Origin: Candidatus Omnitrophota bacterium | GTDB taxonomy: Bacteria; Omnitrophota; Gorgyraeia; 2-01-FULL-45-10 | NCBI GenBank assembly: GCA_041650935.1 | Contig: JBAZKH010000001.1 | Span: 411,337-475,336, forward strand | Direction: 5' to 3' | Length of the DNA stretch: 64,000 nt | Shown here: positions 19,388 to 30,188 of the stretch, piece after piece | Layout of the letters: the number at the start of each line of letters is the position of its first letter | Position numbering within the stretch: the first letter of the stretch is position 1 | The notes under the pieces: generated by a model | What the model saw: the letters and a program-made list of their open reading frames with translations, nothing else | The model's database searches: none | What the model was told of the DNA's origin: nothing | Made by a program: the position numbers and the translations under genes

Positions 19388-20080
19388 ATGCGTATTGATA
19401 TACTTACGCTCTTTCCCGGGATGTTCGAAAACGTTCTTGGAGAGTCTATCTTGAAGCGGGCGCAAGCCAAAGGGCTTGCCGAGATACGGGTGCATGACCT
19501 GCGGGACTGGACGTCGGATAAACATCGTACCGCGGATGATAAGCCGTTTGGCGGCGGCGCCGGGATGGTGATTAAGGTTGAGCCGGTGTGGCGGGCGCTG
19601 CAGGAGCTGAGACCGAAGACCGAAGACCGAAGACCGAAGACCGAAGTCATACTGCTGACGCCGCAGGGGAAGAGGCTGGATCAGAAATTGGTAAAGGTTG
19701 TTGCGCGCAAGAAGAGGATAATCCTCATCTGCGGGCATTATGAAGGCGTTGATGAACGTATACGCGAGCTTGCCGACGAAGAGATATCGATAGGCGATTA
19801 CGTATTGACGTGCGGTGAACTGCCGGCGATGGTCCTCTTGGACTCTGTTGTAAGGCTGATCCCCGGGGTCCTGGGTGATGACGAGTCGATAAAGTTCGAA
19901 TCATTCGAAGATGGAATGCTGGAGTATCCGCAGTATACGCGACCGGCTGAATTTATGGGCAGCGCGGTGCCGGAGGTCCTCATAAGCGGGGACCATAAAA
20001 AGATAGAAGAGTGGCGCAGGGCCGCGGCGTTGAAGCGCACCAGGCGGCGCAGACCGGATATATTAAAACGGAAAGGATAA
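19388..20080 (+). CDS. trmD: tRNA (guanine37-N1)-methyltransferase
   Basis: [14 protein letters not shown]... and GGGAGMV motif; SPOUT fold. Confidence 0.9.
   Translation: MRIDILTLFPGMFENVLGESILKRAQAKGLAEIRVHDLRDWTSDKHRTADDKPFGGGAGMVIKVEPVWRALQELRPKTEDRRPKTEVILLTPQGKRLDQKLVKVVARKKRIILICGHYEGVDERIRELADEEISIGDYVLTCGELPAMVLLDSVVRLIPGVLGDDESIKFESFEDGMLEYPQYTRPAEFMGSAVPEVLISGDHKKIEEWRRAAALKRTRRRRPDILKRKG
19611..19645 (+). repeat. Heptanucleotide microsatellite (GACCGAA)x5 inside trmD
   Basis: Five perfect tandem 7-nt units encoding [12 protein letters not shown] in a variable surface loop of TrmD. Confidence 0.85.
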
Positions 20081-20084
20081 CGAG

Positions 20085-20477
20085 ATGGAAAAACTGATAA
20101 AGCTGATCGAGTCAAAATTTATGAAGAAGGATATGCCTCAATTCAATATCGGAGATACCGTCGACGTCCAGATGAAGATAGTCGAAGAAGGGAAGTCGCG
20201 TATACAGACATTCGAAGGGACCGTTATCGCGCGCGCGGGCGCAGGGCTCACCGAGACGTTTACGGTCCGCAAGGTCTCGTACGGTGAAGGTGTCGAAATG
20301 GTATTCCCTCTCCATTCACCGTCGATCGACAAGATAAAGGTCATGAAAAAAGGCGATGTTAGAAGGGCGAAACTTTATTACCTGAAGCGGAAAGTCGGAA
20401 AAGAGACGAGAGTTGACGAGAAGATTACGCACGCCGAAGGCCAGGCAGCTCCTCAGGGAGGAGAAGAGGCTAAGTAG
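20085..20477 (+). CDS. rplS: 50S ribosomal protein L19 with short C-terminal extension
   Basis: [35 protein letters not shown]... L19 signature. Confidence 0.85.
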   Translation: MEKLIKLIESKFMKKDMPQFNIGDTVDVQMKIVEEGKSRIQTFEGTVIARAGAGLTETFTVRKVSYGEGVEMVFPLHSPSIDKIKVMKKGDVRRAKLYYLKRKVGKETRVDEKITHAEGQAAPQGGEEAK

Positions 20478-21060
20478 CCTCGGTCACAACTCGATAGCGG
20501 GTGTGGATGAGGCCGGCCGAGGCCCTCTCGCCGGCCCGGTTGTTGCGGGCGCCGTTATCCTGAAGAGCTTTGACTTTACCTGCGAAATAAACGATTCGAA
20601 ACAGCTCTCCCCGAAGAAAAGAGACAGGGCCTACGCGGAGATCCTTAAAAAAGCGGTCGTCGGCGTAGGGATCGTTGACGAGAAGACGATCGATGCGATC
20701 AATATCTACCAGGCCACCCTCAGGGCCATGCAGGCGGCAATTGCCGCTCTTGATATACCTCCCGATTACGTAATCGTCGACGGACAGATGAAACTGCGTA
20801 CCGCCTGCCCGATCAAGTGTATCATAAAAGGCGATACGAAGAGCCTTTCCATAGCCGCCGCCTCGATAGTGGCTAAGGTTACCCGCGACAGGCTGATGCT
20901 GAAATACGACAAGCGATATCCGCAGTATGGTTTTGCCCGGCATAAAGGTTACGGAACGCGCCTCCATAAAGAGGCCCTGGCAAAGTTCGGCCCATCGCCG
21001 ATCCATCGTTACAGTTTTGCGCCGGTAAAGCAATGTGTTGACATGGTTTATCCTATATAA
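20413..21060 (+). CDS. rnhB: Ribonuclease HII (start uncertain, probably TTG at 20413 overlapping rplS)
   Basis: [23 protein letters not shown] catalytic motif. No in-frame ATG precedes it; the ORF-track start is a TTG. Confidence 0.75.
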   Translation: MTRRLRTPKARQLLREEKRLSSLGHNSIAGVDEAGRGPLAGPVVAGAVILKSFDFTCEINDSKQLSPKKRDRAYAEILKKAVVGVGIVDEKTIDAINIYQATLRAMQAAIAALDIPPDYVIVDGQMKLRTACPIKCIIKGDTKSLSIAAASIVAKVTRDRLMLKYDKRYPQYGFARHKGYGTRLHKEALAKFGPSPIHRYSFAPVKQCVDMVYPI

Positions 21061-21074
21061 TAAAATCACAATAT

Positions 21075-22079
21075 ATGGCCAAGGTAAAAGAGATATGCAT
21101 CATAGGTGACGGCGGGTGGGGGACGACGCTCGCGGTACTGCTTTCCAAGAAAGGTTTTAACGTAACGGTCTGGGGCGCGTTCCCGGACTACGTGGAGGTC
21201 CTCAAAGAGCGCCGGGAGAACGTAAAGTTCCTGCCCGGCGTTGTCCTGCCGAAAAACATTACTTTTACAGCTTCTATGGCCGCGGCGCTTGCCGGCAAAG
21301 AGATCGTTGTCCTGGCCGTTCCTTCCCAATTTGCCAGGGGCGTCTTTACGATCCTGAAGATGGAAAAACTTGCCGGGAAGAGATTCGTAAGCGTTACCAA
21401 GGGTATAGAGAATAAGACATTGAAGCGTGTCTCGGAAGTCGCTTACGACGTATTGGGTAAACAGACGCTCGCCGTGCTCTCCGGCCCTACCATTGCGCTT
21501 GAGGTGGCGAACGGCGCTCCAACGACCGTAGTTGCGGCCTCGAAGAGCGCTAAATTTGCGAAAGAGGCGCAGACTCTCTTCATGACGGAGCGCTTCAGGG
21601 TCTATACCTGCAATGACGTGACCGGCGTCGAACTCGGAGGATCGCTGAAGAATGTGATTGCGATAGCGGCGGGCGCAAGCGATGCCATGGGCTTCGGCGC
21701 CAACGCAAAAGCCGCTTTATTAACCCGCGGTCTGGTCGAGATAGTCCGGCTGGGTGCCGCTATGGGGGCGCGGAAAGAGACTTTCTACGGCCTGAGCGGT
21801 CTGGGCGATCTTGCGACTACATGCATGAGCCCTTATTCCAGGAACAGGTGGCTTGGCGAGGAGATAGGTAAGGGTAAGAAGTTGAAAGATATCCTTGGTG
21901 AAACAGACATGGTAGTAGAGGGTGTGGCTACAGCAAGGTCAGCCCACGATCTGGCCGGGAAATATAAAGTCGAAATGCCTATAACGGAAGAGATATATAA
22001 GGTTCTTTATGAGAATAAGAATCCAAAGACAGCAGTCCGCGACCTGATGATCCGCAGCCCTAAGCCGGAAACAGCATAA
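21075..22079 (+). CDS. gpsA: NAD(P)H-dependent glycerol-3-phosphate dehydrogenase
   Basis: ICIIGDGGWGTTLAVLL Rossmann N-terminus; 334 aa. Confidence 0.85.
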   Translation: MAKVKEICIIGDGGWGTTLAVLLSKKGFNVTVWGAFPDYVEVLKERRENVKFLPGVVLPKNITFTASMAAALAGKEIVVLAVPSQFARGVFTILKMEKLAGKRFVSVTKGIENKTLKRVSEVAYDVLGKQTLAVLSGPTIALEVANGAPTTVVAASKSAKFAKEAQTLFMTERFRVYTCNDVTGVELGGSLKNVIAIAAGASDAMGFGANAKAALLTRGLVEIVRLGAAMGARKETFYGLSGLGDLATTCMSPYSRNRWLGEEIGKGKKLKDILGETDMVVEGVATARSAHDLAGKYKVEMPITEEIYKVLYENKNPKTAVRDLMIRSPKPETA

Positions 22080-22222
22080 GAAATGAAAAAGTTACATTTT
22101 TCCCAGGCCATCTTCTGTTTTTCAGTGTATACTAGAGTAAAAAGGCGATGGCTACCATAAAAGAAGAATGTTTTTTTTGGGTAGTTAATAAGCTTATTTC
22201 AAAAGCTAATAAGGCCAAGCAT

Positions 22223-23341
22223 ATGATGACAAAGACGATACTTACAATTATCGTAGCGGTTTGTCTCTTTCCGATCCTCTCAAACGCAGAAGAGGGAAAG
22301 CCTGTCATTTCAAAGCCGGTCGATGCCCCTCAAGGGAAAGTGATGCCGGCTGCTATCCAAAGGTTTACGCATGATACAAAGGAAGTCGTCAAGATAAAGA
22401 ATATAGTCGAGGAGTTTCTCCCGCCTTCTATCCATGTGAAATATAATAAGGATGGCTACTTGGATAATTTCATTTCAAGCGACGGCACGGAGATCAAGTA
22501 TTCTTATAGATTCGATAAGGGCGGGGAGCTGTCAGCTATCGTATTGACAGGCGATGGCGGTTTCTCATTAGAGTTGAGGGCCATGGAAGACAAAAATGAA
22601 GACTTAAATATTTCCCCAAGCGATGACGCGACGATAAATCGTAAGGTAAATCCGCCGGATGACGGAATGGGCGATAAAGGTAAACCTGATTATAAAGGCG
22701 GCGGCGGAGAGGGGGCGATAAAACCTGGAGATTTCGATAACATTGATAAGCCCGGTGAGGGTGCGCGGGATTCAGCCAATAAACCAACGCCGCCGATAGT
22801 CGTATATATACCAAGAAATTCGCTCAAGAATATGGCGCAAAAACCGGCTGGTTTCGATTTTAATGCGATAAAGAACGGCTTTGATAAAGCTTCAGAGGAA
22901 AAGAGAGACGCCTACGAGGTATACTTGGAGAAGACGACCCCGTACTATGCGAAGATGCTGAATGAACTCCGGGCCAATTCAGAGGCCATGAAGGCCGATG
23001 GCATAAAACTAAACGTCGCCAGGACCAACAGCGATACCGGCGGATCGATAAGCGTTAAAGAGAGGAAAAGTATCGACGAAGCGGTCCGGAATATCCGTGT
23101 CAAATCGAAGATCCGGCACGGCGCGGCAATGCGATACGAAAAATTTCTGGCAATTGAAAAGATGTATGCCGACGACATTCTTGGCCCCGGCATGGAGCTA
23201 TATGAAAGCAGGATGAAAAAAGTAGTCAAAAAGATCAATGGTATAGTGGATAGGGCAATGAAGTCGGAGTTGGCCGTCTACTTGGACACAAACGACAGGA
23301 TAGAAGCCGTGATCAACCTTCCCGAAGCGCAGACAAAATAA
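22223..23341 (+). CDS. Hypothetical secreted protein with Gly/Lys/Asp-rich low-complexity central region
   Basis: Signal peptide MMTKTILTIIVAVCLFPILSNA. No recognisable domain. An alternative upstream ATG lies at 22148. Confidence 0.45.
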   Translation: MMTKTILTIIVAVCLFPILSNAEEGKPVISKPVDAPQGKVMPAAIQRFTHDTKEVVKIKNIVEEFLPPSIHVKYNKDGYLDNFISSDGTEIKYSYRFDKGGELSAIVLTGDGGFSLELRAMEDKNEDLNISPSDDATINRKVNPPDDGMGDKGKPDYKGGGGEGAIKPGDFDNIDKPGEGARDSANKPTPPIVVYIPRNSLKNMAQKPAGFDFNAIKNGFDKASEEKRDAYEVYLEKTTPYYAKMLNELRANSEAMKADGIKLNVARTNSDTGGSISVKERKSIDEAVRNIRVKSKIRHGAAMRYEKFLAIEKMYADDILGPGMELYESRMKKVVKKINGIVDRAMKSELAVYLDTNDRIEAVINLPEAQTK

Positions 23342-23449
23342 TCCCTCGTAAACTCTTTACTCCTTGTCCATCGAAAAAATATCTGTTATAATCCAAAAAA
23401 AGCGTAAAAATCTGTATATCCTCCGTGTATATATGATAGGGACTTTAAG

Positions 23450-24031
23450 ATGAACGATAAGTCTTCCGATGAATTGTTGGCAAAGCAGGCAAAAGAAGGC
23501 GATACAGGAGCCTTCGAAGAGCTCTTTAACAGATACAAGAAACCGCTCTTGAATTTTATATACCGGTTCATAGGCAACCGCCAGACGGCGGAAGAAGTTA
23601 CAATAGAGGTTTTTATGAAGGCTTATAGTAATCTAAACATATTTGACCCAAATAAGAAGTTTGCGACATGGCTCTACACTATTGCGAGGAATCTCTCGAA
23701 GAATTCTTTGAGGGACCGTAAATATTTTCGTGACGTTTCATTGGAAAAGTCAGTCTTTGATAAAGATGAGAGTATCAAGTTGCAGGATGTCATAGCCGAC
23801 GATAACGCTTCGCCGGATATGATAGCGCAGGATGAGGAGCTCTCTCTGGTTGCACAAAAGATACTGAATTTGCTGCCTGACAAGTATAAAGAAGTAATAA
23901 CTCTTTGCAGTGTGCAGGAACTCTCCTATCGGGAGGCGGCTGTAATACTGGGTATAAGCGTTTCAGGTGTCTCGATCAGGTTGAACGAAGCGAAGAGACT
24001 GTTCATGAAGAAACTGGGTGAGATAACATGA
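23450..24031 (+). CDS. ECF-type RNA polymerase sigma factor (sigma-24/RpoE-like)
   Basis: Region 2 (FEELFNRYKKPLLNFIYRFIGNRQTAEEVTIEVFMKAY) and region 4 HTH (LSYREAAVILGISVSGVSIRLNEAKRL). Confidence 0.8.
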   Translation: MNDKSSDELLAKQAKEGDTGAFEELFNRYKKPLLNFIYRFIGNRQTAEEVTIEVFMKAYSNLNIFDPNKKFATWLYTIARNLSKNSLRDRKYFRDVSLEKSVFDKDESIKLQDVIADDNASPDMIAQDEELSLVAQKILNLLPDKYKEVITLCSVQELSYREAAVILGISVSGVSIRLNEAKRLFMKKLGEIT

Positions 24032-25401
24032 GACAAGGTTGCGATAATTTCGACAGGGTCATGTCGCTCCTGAAAAAGGCGGAGCCCTCCGTCTCGTTTG
24101 AAATGAAGTTCAAAGAGGCGTTTAGCGAAGCTATCGCCAGGAGGTATGAAGAAACCCTTCCGGAAAAGATCTTGCGAAGGATCTCTGAAGGCGCGATAAA
24201 CCTTAGAGATGCGCTATTGCCTGAGCCGTTGGTCTTGGTCAGGGCGGCGGCGAGTCTTATTGTGGTCTTATCAATAAGTACTTATATATACTCAACGCAG
24301 CCTTCCTGTCCTACGCTTGAGACGAAGACCGGCAGTGTCATGGTTCTGGCTATGGGGAATGCGGCGCCGAAAGAGGCCGGCAGTAATTACAGGTTCAGGG
24401 CCGGTGATATTGTAGCGGCGCAAAAAGGCGCTCAAGCCGACATTGTCCTTTCGAATCGATACGTATTAAGGCTTAAGGAAGGTTCGAAGATAAAGATAGC
24501 TAGATTGACGCCGCGTTTTGGCAGCGGCAAAGCCGATTTTCAGCTGATGGAAGGTAAGGTTCTTATCAGCGTTGAGCCGGGTTTCAAAGGCTCAAAATTC
24601 GCGGTCGATACGCCGACAGCGACCACCGTGGCCCTGGGCACAAAATTCTCGGTTGACGCATCAAGGGGCACAAAGGAGAAGACGCAGGTAAATGTTTTAC
24701 AGGGAAAGGTGCAGGTCAAGAGCCGGTATAGTCCGGAGAGATTGTTGCTCGCAGAACAGATCGTTACCGTAGGCGCTGGCCAGAAGACGGAGGTTTATAC
24801 CGAAGCGGTGCCTGAACCGCCTCAAAGGCTCGTGGAAGAAGAGTGGGCCCAGATGGAAGAATTATACCAGATAGGCAGGAAGGCCCGTGTCATCCTCATG
24901 GTAAAGAATGCCCCGGACAGGGTGATCCAGCTGCTCAAGCCGTGTCCTATATACATATCCGATAAAAAGCCGCGGGAGATACCGCCGATCCTGGAAAAGG
25001 CAGTGTTAATGACGGCAGAAGCGGTCAAGACAGGCAACCGCGCAAAGCACCTTGAAAGTATAAAGATGCTGGAGCGCATCGTACGGGAATATCCGAATCC
25101 GAAACATGATGTTCAGTTGATGCTGTATATAGGGGCTTACTATGAATACCTGTCATGCCATAAAGACGCCATAAAGATGTTCGAGCGGGTATTGCTTAAG
25201 TATCCCGATTCACCGCTTGCCAGCATGGCAGAATGCGCCATAGGCATAATATACCAGGAGAAGCTAAATGACCCCAAGCGGGCCAATAAGGCATATAGGC
25301 TAGTGCTCGATAAATATCCCAATAGCCTGGAGGCGATTTGGGTGGAGGGGAATACGCAAAGTAATCCTAACTTATCGTCTATGAGTGGAGTTAGGGGGTA
25401 G
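24028..25401 (+). CDS. Anti-sigma factor: N-terminal cytoplasmic domain, one TM helix, FecR-like periplasmic domain and C-terminal TPR repeats
   Basis: ATGA overlap with the ECF sigma gene. TM helix LVLVRAAASLIVVLSISTYIY; FecR-like beta region; TPR-like C-terminus (YYEYLSCHKDAIKMFERVLLKYPDSPLA...). Confidence 0.6.
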   Translation: MRQGCDNFDRVMSLLKKAEPSVSFEMKFKEAFSEAIARRYEETLPEKILRRISEGAINLRDALLPEPLVLVRAAASLIVVLSISTYIYSTQPSCPTLETKTGSVMVLAMGNAAPKEAGSNYRFRAGDIVAAQKGAQADIVLSNRYVLRLKEGSKIKIARLTPRFGSGKADFQLMEGKVLISVEPGFKGSKFAVDTPTATTVALGTKFSVDASRGTKEKTQVNVLQGKVQVKSRYSPERLLLAEQIVTVGAGQKTEVYTEAVPEPPQRLVEEEWAQMEELYQIGRKARVILMVKNAPDRVIQLLKPCPIYISDKKPREIPPILEKAVLMTAEAVKTGNRAKHLESIKMLERIVREYPNPKHDVQLMLYIGAYYEYLSCHKDAIKMFERVLLKYPDSPLASMAECAIGIIYQEKLNDPKRANKAYRLVLDKYPNSLEAIWVEGNTQSNPNLSSMSGVRG

Positions 25402-25673
25402 AGATATTTTTTTTGTGCATGTTAGGCATTAAAAAACTTAGTTATAGTGCTAAACAATTGCCGTTCTTTAGTGTATTCAATAGTGGAAGATAGGAGGATC
25501 GTATGAAAGTTGTAAATTCAAAAAGACTTTTCAGGTTCAAGAAGGTCTTTCAGTTGATCGAAAAACTGGAGCTGCTTAACTTAGCGGCGAAAATCCGGCA
25601 AGAGATCTTTTTTGCCGCGAATTTAAATGGCTTTAGAAAGTCCCAATTCGAAAACGAGAAGGGAGTGGTTAAA

Positions 25674-26960
25674 ATGAAAAAGTTACTTAGTCTAGCAGTA
25701 GTTGCAGTGATGATTTGCTTTGCCGGGACGGTCCTGGCAGAGGAAACAAGTACTTTACCCGCAGAAAATTATCCCGCAGATCCTACAGGGCTTACAATGA
25801 AGCCGCTTATCATAGGAAACGTAACTTTGAACGAGGGGTGGAATTTGATTGCAATACCGGTCCTGCCCGCCGAAAAACTGACGATTAAAAGTTTTTCTGT
25901 GAGAGTTGCAAAGAGCGGTTTGAGCGCGATCTCGACAGAGACAATTACCCAGGACAGTAAAGGTTTTGCAGACATATGGCGGGTTACCGCGGTCGCTGTG
26001 TATAAAAACGGCCGGTTCCAAAGCTATTCACCCGATTGCGATACTTATAATATGGTACCGGGCGAAGCTTATTTTGTGTATGCGAAATATAGCGGTCTGC
26101 GACCGAATTATATTGTTCGAGAAGGCGCTTCGTACGAGATGCCGGAATTCCATCCGACGACCACGATCAAGATTATCGGCAAAACGGCCGATGCCAAGAT
26201 ATCGCTAAACCTTAATAAGGGCTGGAACGGCGTCGCGGTGCTGAATCAGCTTGCTCCAAAATCGGATGAACCCTTATCGAATACGCCGAAGCTCCCGGAG
26301 CTGGAATCGCAAAAAACCGGATCCAACGTATCGGCGGGGGCGGTGCTTGAGTCGCAGTCCATAACCGCAGGTATAGGTTATAGCCTGTATCAGCTCTCGC
26401 AAGAATTTTCCGAGCAGGGCATCAAGGCCACCAGGATAATTTTCTGGAATGCTGTTAAACAGGAGTGGGAACAGTATTCGCTTCCATATCCGGCCGCAGA
26501 TGAGAATGGGTTAATCGCAATGCCGGTCCCCGGCAGACTGGTCAACCCAAGCGAAGGTTTCTTCCTCCTCTGCGAAGAGAACGGTTTATATATTCCCGGT
26601 CTGACATTGCAGAATAGTCCGTATCCGTCGATACCTGTGCCGAAAAGGGTCTCGTATACCGGGATCATACGGGGAGTTTGCGTCGCGTGTGGTGATGCGC
26701 CTCTTCCGTATAAGTATGTTTTGCAGTACGAGACGGTATTGACCACCGGTACGGTTCCGGTTAGCATTATAGCTATCCCTATTAAGGGGACGGACGACGT
26801 AATGGAAGCAAAGCTCGCGGAACTGGCGAACGAGAATCCCGCGCAGAAGCATTATGTCGAAGGGGTTATGCAGGCACTGCCGTATATTTCATGGTATTCG
26901 CCGGGCTGCAAGTATGTCGATGTCATGATAGTCGAGCATATCGACGAATTCAAGATTTAG
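25674..26960 (+). CDS. Hypothetical secreted protein with repeated L-N-x-G-W-N motifs
   Basis: Signal peptide MKKLLSLAVVAVMICFAGTVLA. An in-frame upstream ATG at 25503 with a strong AGGAGG RBS would give a 57-aa N-terminal extension, so the true start is ambiguous. Confidence 0.45.
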   Translation: MKKLLSLAVVAVMICFAGTVLAEETSTLPAENYPADPTGLTMKPLIIGNVTLNEGWNLIAIPVLPAEKLTIKSFSVRVAKSGLSAISTETITQDSKGFADIWRVTAVAVYKNGRFQSYSPDCDTYNMVPGEAYFVYAKYSGLRPNYIVREGASYEMPEFHPTTTIKIIGKTADAKISLNLNKGWNGVAVLNQLAPKSDEPLSNTPKLPELESQKTGSNVSAGAVLESQSITAGIGYSLYQLSQEFSEQGIKATRIIFWNAVKQEWEQYSLPYPAADENGLIAMPVPGRLVNPSEGFFLLCEENGLYIPGLTLQNSPYPSIPVPKRVSYTGIIRGVCVACGDAPLPYKYVLQYETVLTTGTVPVSIIAIPIKGTDDVMEAKLAELANENPAQKHYVEGVMQALPYISWYSPGCKYVDVMIVEHIDEFKI

Positions 26961-26967
26961 GAAGGGG

Positions 26968-27555
26968 ATGATCCTTATGAACAAGAGATGGTTCATAATT
27001 TCAGCAGGAATAGCGCTCTCTTTGACAGGTATCGTCCTCTTTGTCTTCGCGCAGGGCGGAGCCAAACTTCCCGCGGATATTGCATATACAGGCAGTGTCG
27101 CAGCAAAGCCGCTGGTTGTCGAAACGAACCAGGCAGACGGTGAAGTCGCGAATTTGGTTGTGCGGGGGTTGGCTGTAGATAAGGCAAGAGGTTTTGACGA
27201 TACGGATAGGTTTGCATCGAAGAAGCCCGAAGCCATAAACAAGAATTCACCCGAAACGCAGGGCACCGGTAATATAGAGAAGAAAGCCGTCTCCGAATTC
27301 AGTCCTGCCGCTGGAGAGACCGTTGTCGCTTTATCAGGAACGGGCGCGGCAGTAGATGATAGTAGTTCAAGCACCGCTGCCGCTACAGCAACGCTTACTA
27401 CCAAAAGTGCATCTGCGCGCTCAGCCGTCAACACCATCGATGAGCAGTCCTCTCCGAGGCTTCCGTTGACGGAGCTGGATTACCAAACAGGTGATGACGG
27501 CAATGCGGAATTTGATGTAAATACTCCGGCATTACCCGAATTGCCCGGCGAATAA
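26968..27555 (+). CDS. Hypothetical membrane-anchored low-complexity (Ala/Thr/Ser-rich) protein
   Basis: N-terminal TM helix WFIISAGIALSLTGIVLFVFA; the remainder is acidic and low-complexity. Confidence 0.4.
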   Translation: MILMNKRWFIISAGIALSLTGIVLFVFAQGGAKLPADIAYTGSVAAKPLVVETNQADGEVANLVVRGLAVDKARGFDDTDRFASKKPEAINKNSPETQGTGNIEKKAVSEFSPAAGETVVALSGTGAAVDDSSSSTAAATATLTTKSASARSAVNTIDEQSSPRLPLTELDYQTGDDGNAEFDVNTPALPELPGE

Positions 27556-27573
27556 TAGCCAAATTTTTGCAAT

Positions 27574-27615
27574 AACGGCCGCTTTGCCACAAGCAAACGC
27601 GGCCGTTTCTTTTTA
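27574..27615 (+). terminator. Rho-independent terminator-like hairpin (AACGGCCGC...GCGGCCGTT + U-rich tail)
   Basis: 9-bp GC-rich stem with a 16-nt loop, followed by TCTTTTT. Confidence 0.5.
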
Positions 27616-27671
27616 CAAAAAATCCCTTTCTTATATAACTATATTTGATATAATAATACGATATAAAATGG

Positions 27672-27749
27672 CGGGGCGTAGCGCAGATTGGCTAGCGCAC
27701 TTGCTTGGGGTGCAAGGGGTCGGCGGTTCGAATCCGCCCGCCCCGACCA
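27672..27749 (+). tRNA. tRNA-Pro (anticodon GGG), CCA encoded
   Basis: Cloverleaf read by hand: acceptor CGGGGCG/CGCCCCG, anticodon stem CTTGC/GCAAG, loop TTGGGGT (G37 is the TrmD target position), T-loop TTCGAAT, 3' ACCA. Confidence 0.85.
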
Positions 27750-27841
27750 TAGCAATTTTTTGTCTTAAAACACCTGGATGAAAGTAATGGTGCCGGGCAT
27801 ATGGCACGGCTATAACAGGTAATAAAAATGCAGGGAAAAAT

Positions 27842-29131
27842 ATGCGAAAGATAAAAGTCGGCATAATAGGTTTCGGCACAATAGGCGCGGCCGTTGCCGG
27901 GGCGCTCATATCGCGAAGGCGTCTCCTTAAGGAGAAGAGCGGTCTTGACATAACGGTTGCCAGTATCTGTGAAAAGGACCTTAAGAAGACGAGGTCGGTA
28001 AAGATACCGCGAAAGACATTTACGCGGTCGGTCGGCAAGGTCTTATACGATCCCGGGATCGATATAGTAGTTGAGCTGATGGGCGGACTCGTGCCGGCAA
28101 AGGATGTGGCGCTGGAGGCCCTGCGGCAAGGCAAACACGTCGTTACGGCCAATAAAGCGCTGCTCTCGGATTCGGGGCCGGATATATTCAGATTGGCTGA
28201 TGCGCTCGATCTTTCCATCGGCTTCGAGGCGTCGGTCGGCGGCGGTATCCCGATAATACGCGCGCTGAAAGAAAGTTTTATCGCCGATAAGGTAGAACTC
28301 ATATACGGTATCATAAACGGCACCAGCAATTTTATACTTTCGCGGATGGCGGAGGAACGGCTGGGATTCGATGAGGCATTAGCGATTGCCCAGTCCAGGG
28401 GATACGCCGAGCGCGATCCTTATCTGGATATAAGCGGCGGTGACTCCTGCCACAAGCTCTCGATCCTCGCGCTTCTCGGTTTCGGTATAGCGGTCAAACC
28501 GTCCGGAATTTATACGGAAGGCATAACGGATATCGAGCCCTGCGACATACAATTCGCAAAGGAATACGGTTATGCGATCAAACTTCTCGCGATCGCGAAA
28601 CGTTCGGGCGATGCCGTCGAACTGCGCGTACACCCGACCCTCATACCGAAGACGCATCTTCTCTCCGATGTAAGCGGGGTCTACAACGCGATATTCGTCA
28701 AGGGCGATCTGGTGGGCGAGAATCTTTTCTACGGCCAGGGCGCGGGCGGTTCGCCTACCTCGAGCGCCGTAGTTGCCGATATAGTGTCGATAGCAAAAAA
28801 TATGACGGATAATTGCAAGACGCCCGGAGCGTTTGTATTGCGGAAAGATGCTGCGCGGGTAAAAGATATAAAAGATGTTAAGATGAGATACTATCTAAGG
28901 TTCTCAGCGCTCGATAAGCCGGGCGTCCTGGCGAAGATATCCGGGATACTCGCTAAATACAGGATAAGTATAGCGAGCGTAAACCAGACCCAGAGAAAAA
29001 TATCGAGCACGGTTCCTGTCATTGTGATGACTCATGAAGCGCTGGAGAGCGATATGAGGATAGCGCTTAAAGAGATAGACAGGCTTAATGTGATAAAAAA
29101 GAAGACGGTAAGGATACGGGTAGAGGGTTAA
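27842..29131 (+). CDS. hom: Homoserine dehydrogenase with C-terminal ACT domain
   Basis: [15 protein letters not shown] Rossmann N-terminus; catalytic region; C-terminal ACT ([25 protein letters not shown]). Confidence 0.85.
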   Translation: MRKIKVGIIGFGTIGAAVAGALISRRRLLKEKSGLDITVASICEKDLKKTRSVKIPRKTFTRSVGKVLYDPGIDIVVELMGGLVPAKDVALEALRQGKHVVTANKALLSDSGPDIFRLADALDLSIGFEASVGGGIPIIRALKESFIADKVELIYGIINGTSNFILSRMAEERLGFDEALAIAQSRGYAERDPYLDISGGDSCHKLSILALLGFGIAVKPSGIYTEGITDIEPCDIQFAKEYGYAIKLLAIAKRSGDAVELRVHPTLIPKTHLLSDVSGVYNAIFVKGDLVGENLFYGQGAGGSPTSSAVVADIVSIAKNMTDNCKTPGAFVLRKDAARVKDIKDVKMRYYLRFSALDKPGVLAKISGILAKYRISIASVNQTQRKISSTVPVIVMTHEALESDMRIALKEIDRLNVIKKKTVRIRVEG

Positions 29132-29132
29132 G

Positions 29133-30188
29133 ATGTGGAACGGGATCATAGAAAAATATAAGAAATATCTTCCAGTCACCGGCAAGACACCCATAGTCAG
29201 TCTGAATGAAGGCAATACGCCGTTAATATACGCCCCCGTCTTGAGCGGCCTTGCAGGTAAGGATATTGAGGTCTATCTGAAATATGAGGGCCTGAACCCG
29301 TCCGGCTCGTTTAAGGATCGCGGCATGACTATGGCAATTTCCAAGGCGCTGGAAGAGGGGTCGCAGGCCGTGATGTGCGCTTCGACCGGCAATACTTCCG
29401 CTTCCGCCGCGGCTTATTCCGCTAGGGCCGGCATCAAATCCATAGTCCTTATACCCGAGGGCGCGATAGCGCTCGGGAAACTTTCGCAGGCTCTCATACA
29501 CGGCGCGCGGGTCATCGCCATCAAAGGAAATTTCGACGATGCGCTGGAACTGGTCAGGGAGATAACCGCTAAATATCCGATAACATTGGTAAATTCTATA
29601 AATCCATATCGCATAGAAGGCCAGAAGACCGGAGCATTCGAAATATGTGATTTTTTAGAGGCGCCGCCCGATTTTCATGCCATCCCTGTAGGGAATGCCG
29701 GCAATATCACCGCGTATTGGAAGGGGTATAAAGAATATAAGGCAGCCGGCGTGATCGATAGACTGCCTGTGATGCTCGGCTTCCAGGCGGCAGGCGCCGC
29801 TCCCATAGTGCTGGGGCATCCGGTAAAAGAACCCAAGACCGTGGCGACGGCCATAAAGATAGGTAACCCCGCCAGCTGGAAGCAGGCCGAAGCCGCAAGG
29901 GATGAATCCGGCGGGTTGATCGACTCGGTGACGGATGACGAGATCCTGGATGCGTATAAGATTCTTGCCTCAAAAGAGGGTGTATTCGTCGAACCTGCGA
30001 GCGCGGCAAGCGTCGCGGGAGTATTGAAACTGGCCAAACGTGGTTATTTCAACGCGCAACGAATACGTATCGTTTGCGTCTTGACCGGCCACGGCCTGAA
30101 AGATCCGGATAGGGCAATAGCGAGCGTCGCTAAGCCAAAGGTGCTAAAGCCTAAAGTCGACCTGGTATTAAAAGAAATAGGGCTGTAA
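29133..30188 (+). CDS. thrC: Threonine synthase
   Basis: PLP lysine motif (SGSFKDRGM) in the fold-type II PLP enzyme architecture; 351 aa. Confidence 0.85.
   Translation: MWNGIIEKYKKYLPVTGKTPIVSLNEGNTPLIYAPVLSGLAGKDIEVYLKYEGLNPSGSFKDRGMTMAISKALEEGSQAVMCASTGNTSASAAAYSARAGIKSIVLIPEGAIALGKLSQALIHGARVIAIKGNFDDALELVREITAKYPITLVNSINPYRIEGQKTGAFEICDFLEAPPDFHAIPVGNAGNITAYWKGYKEYKAAGVIDRLPVMLGFQAAGAAPIVLGHPVKEPKTVATAIKIGNPASWKQAEAARDESGGLIDSVTDDEILDAYKILASKEGVFVEPASAASVAGVLKLAKRGYFNAQRIRIVCVLTGHGLKDPDRAIASVAKPKVLKPKVDLVLKEIGL

Noticed and set aside
25503-25673. Upstream in-frame ATG with a strong AGGAGG RBS that would extend the secreted 429-aa protein by 57 residues (the ORF-track start).
   Set aside because: The downstream ATG at 25674 is immediately followed by a textbook signal peptide (MKKLLSLAVVAVMICFAGTVLA) and has its own AAGGGAG RBS. 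The extension is therefore probably untranslated, or at most a signal-anchor variant. It is kept as a note in the feature list.
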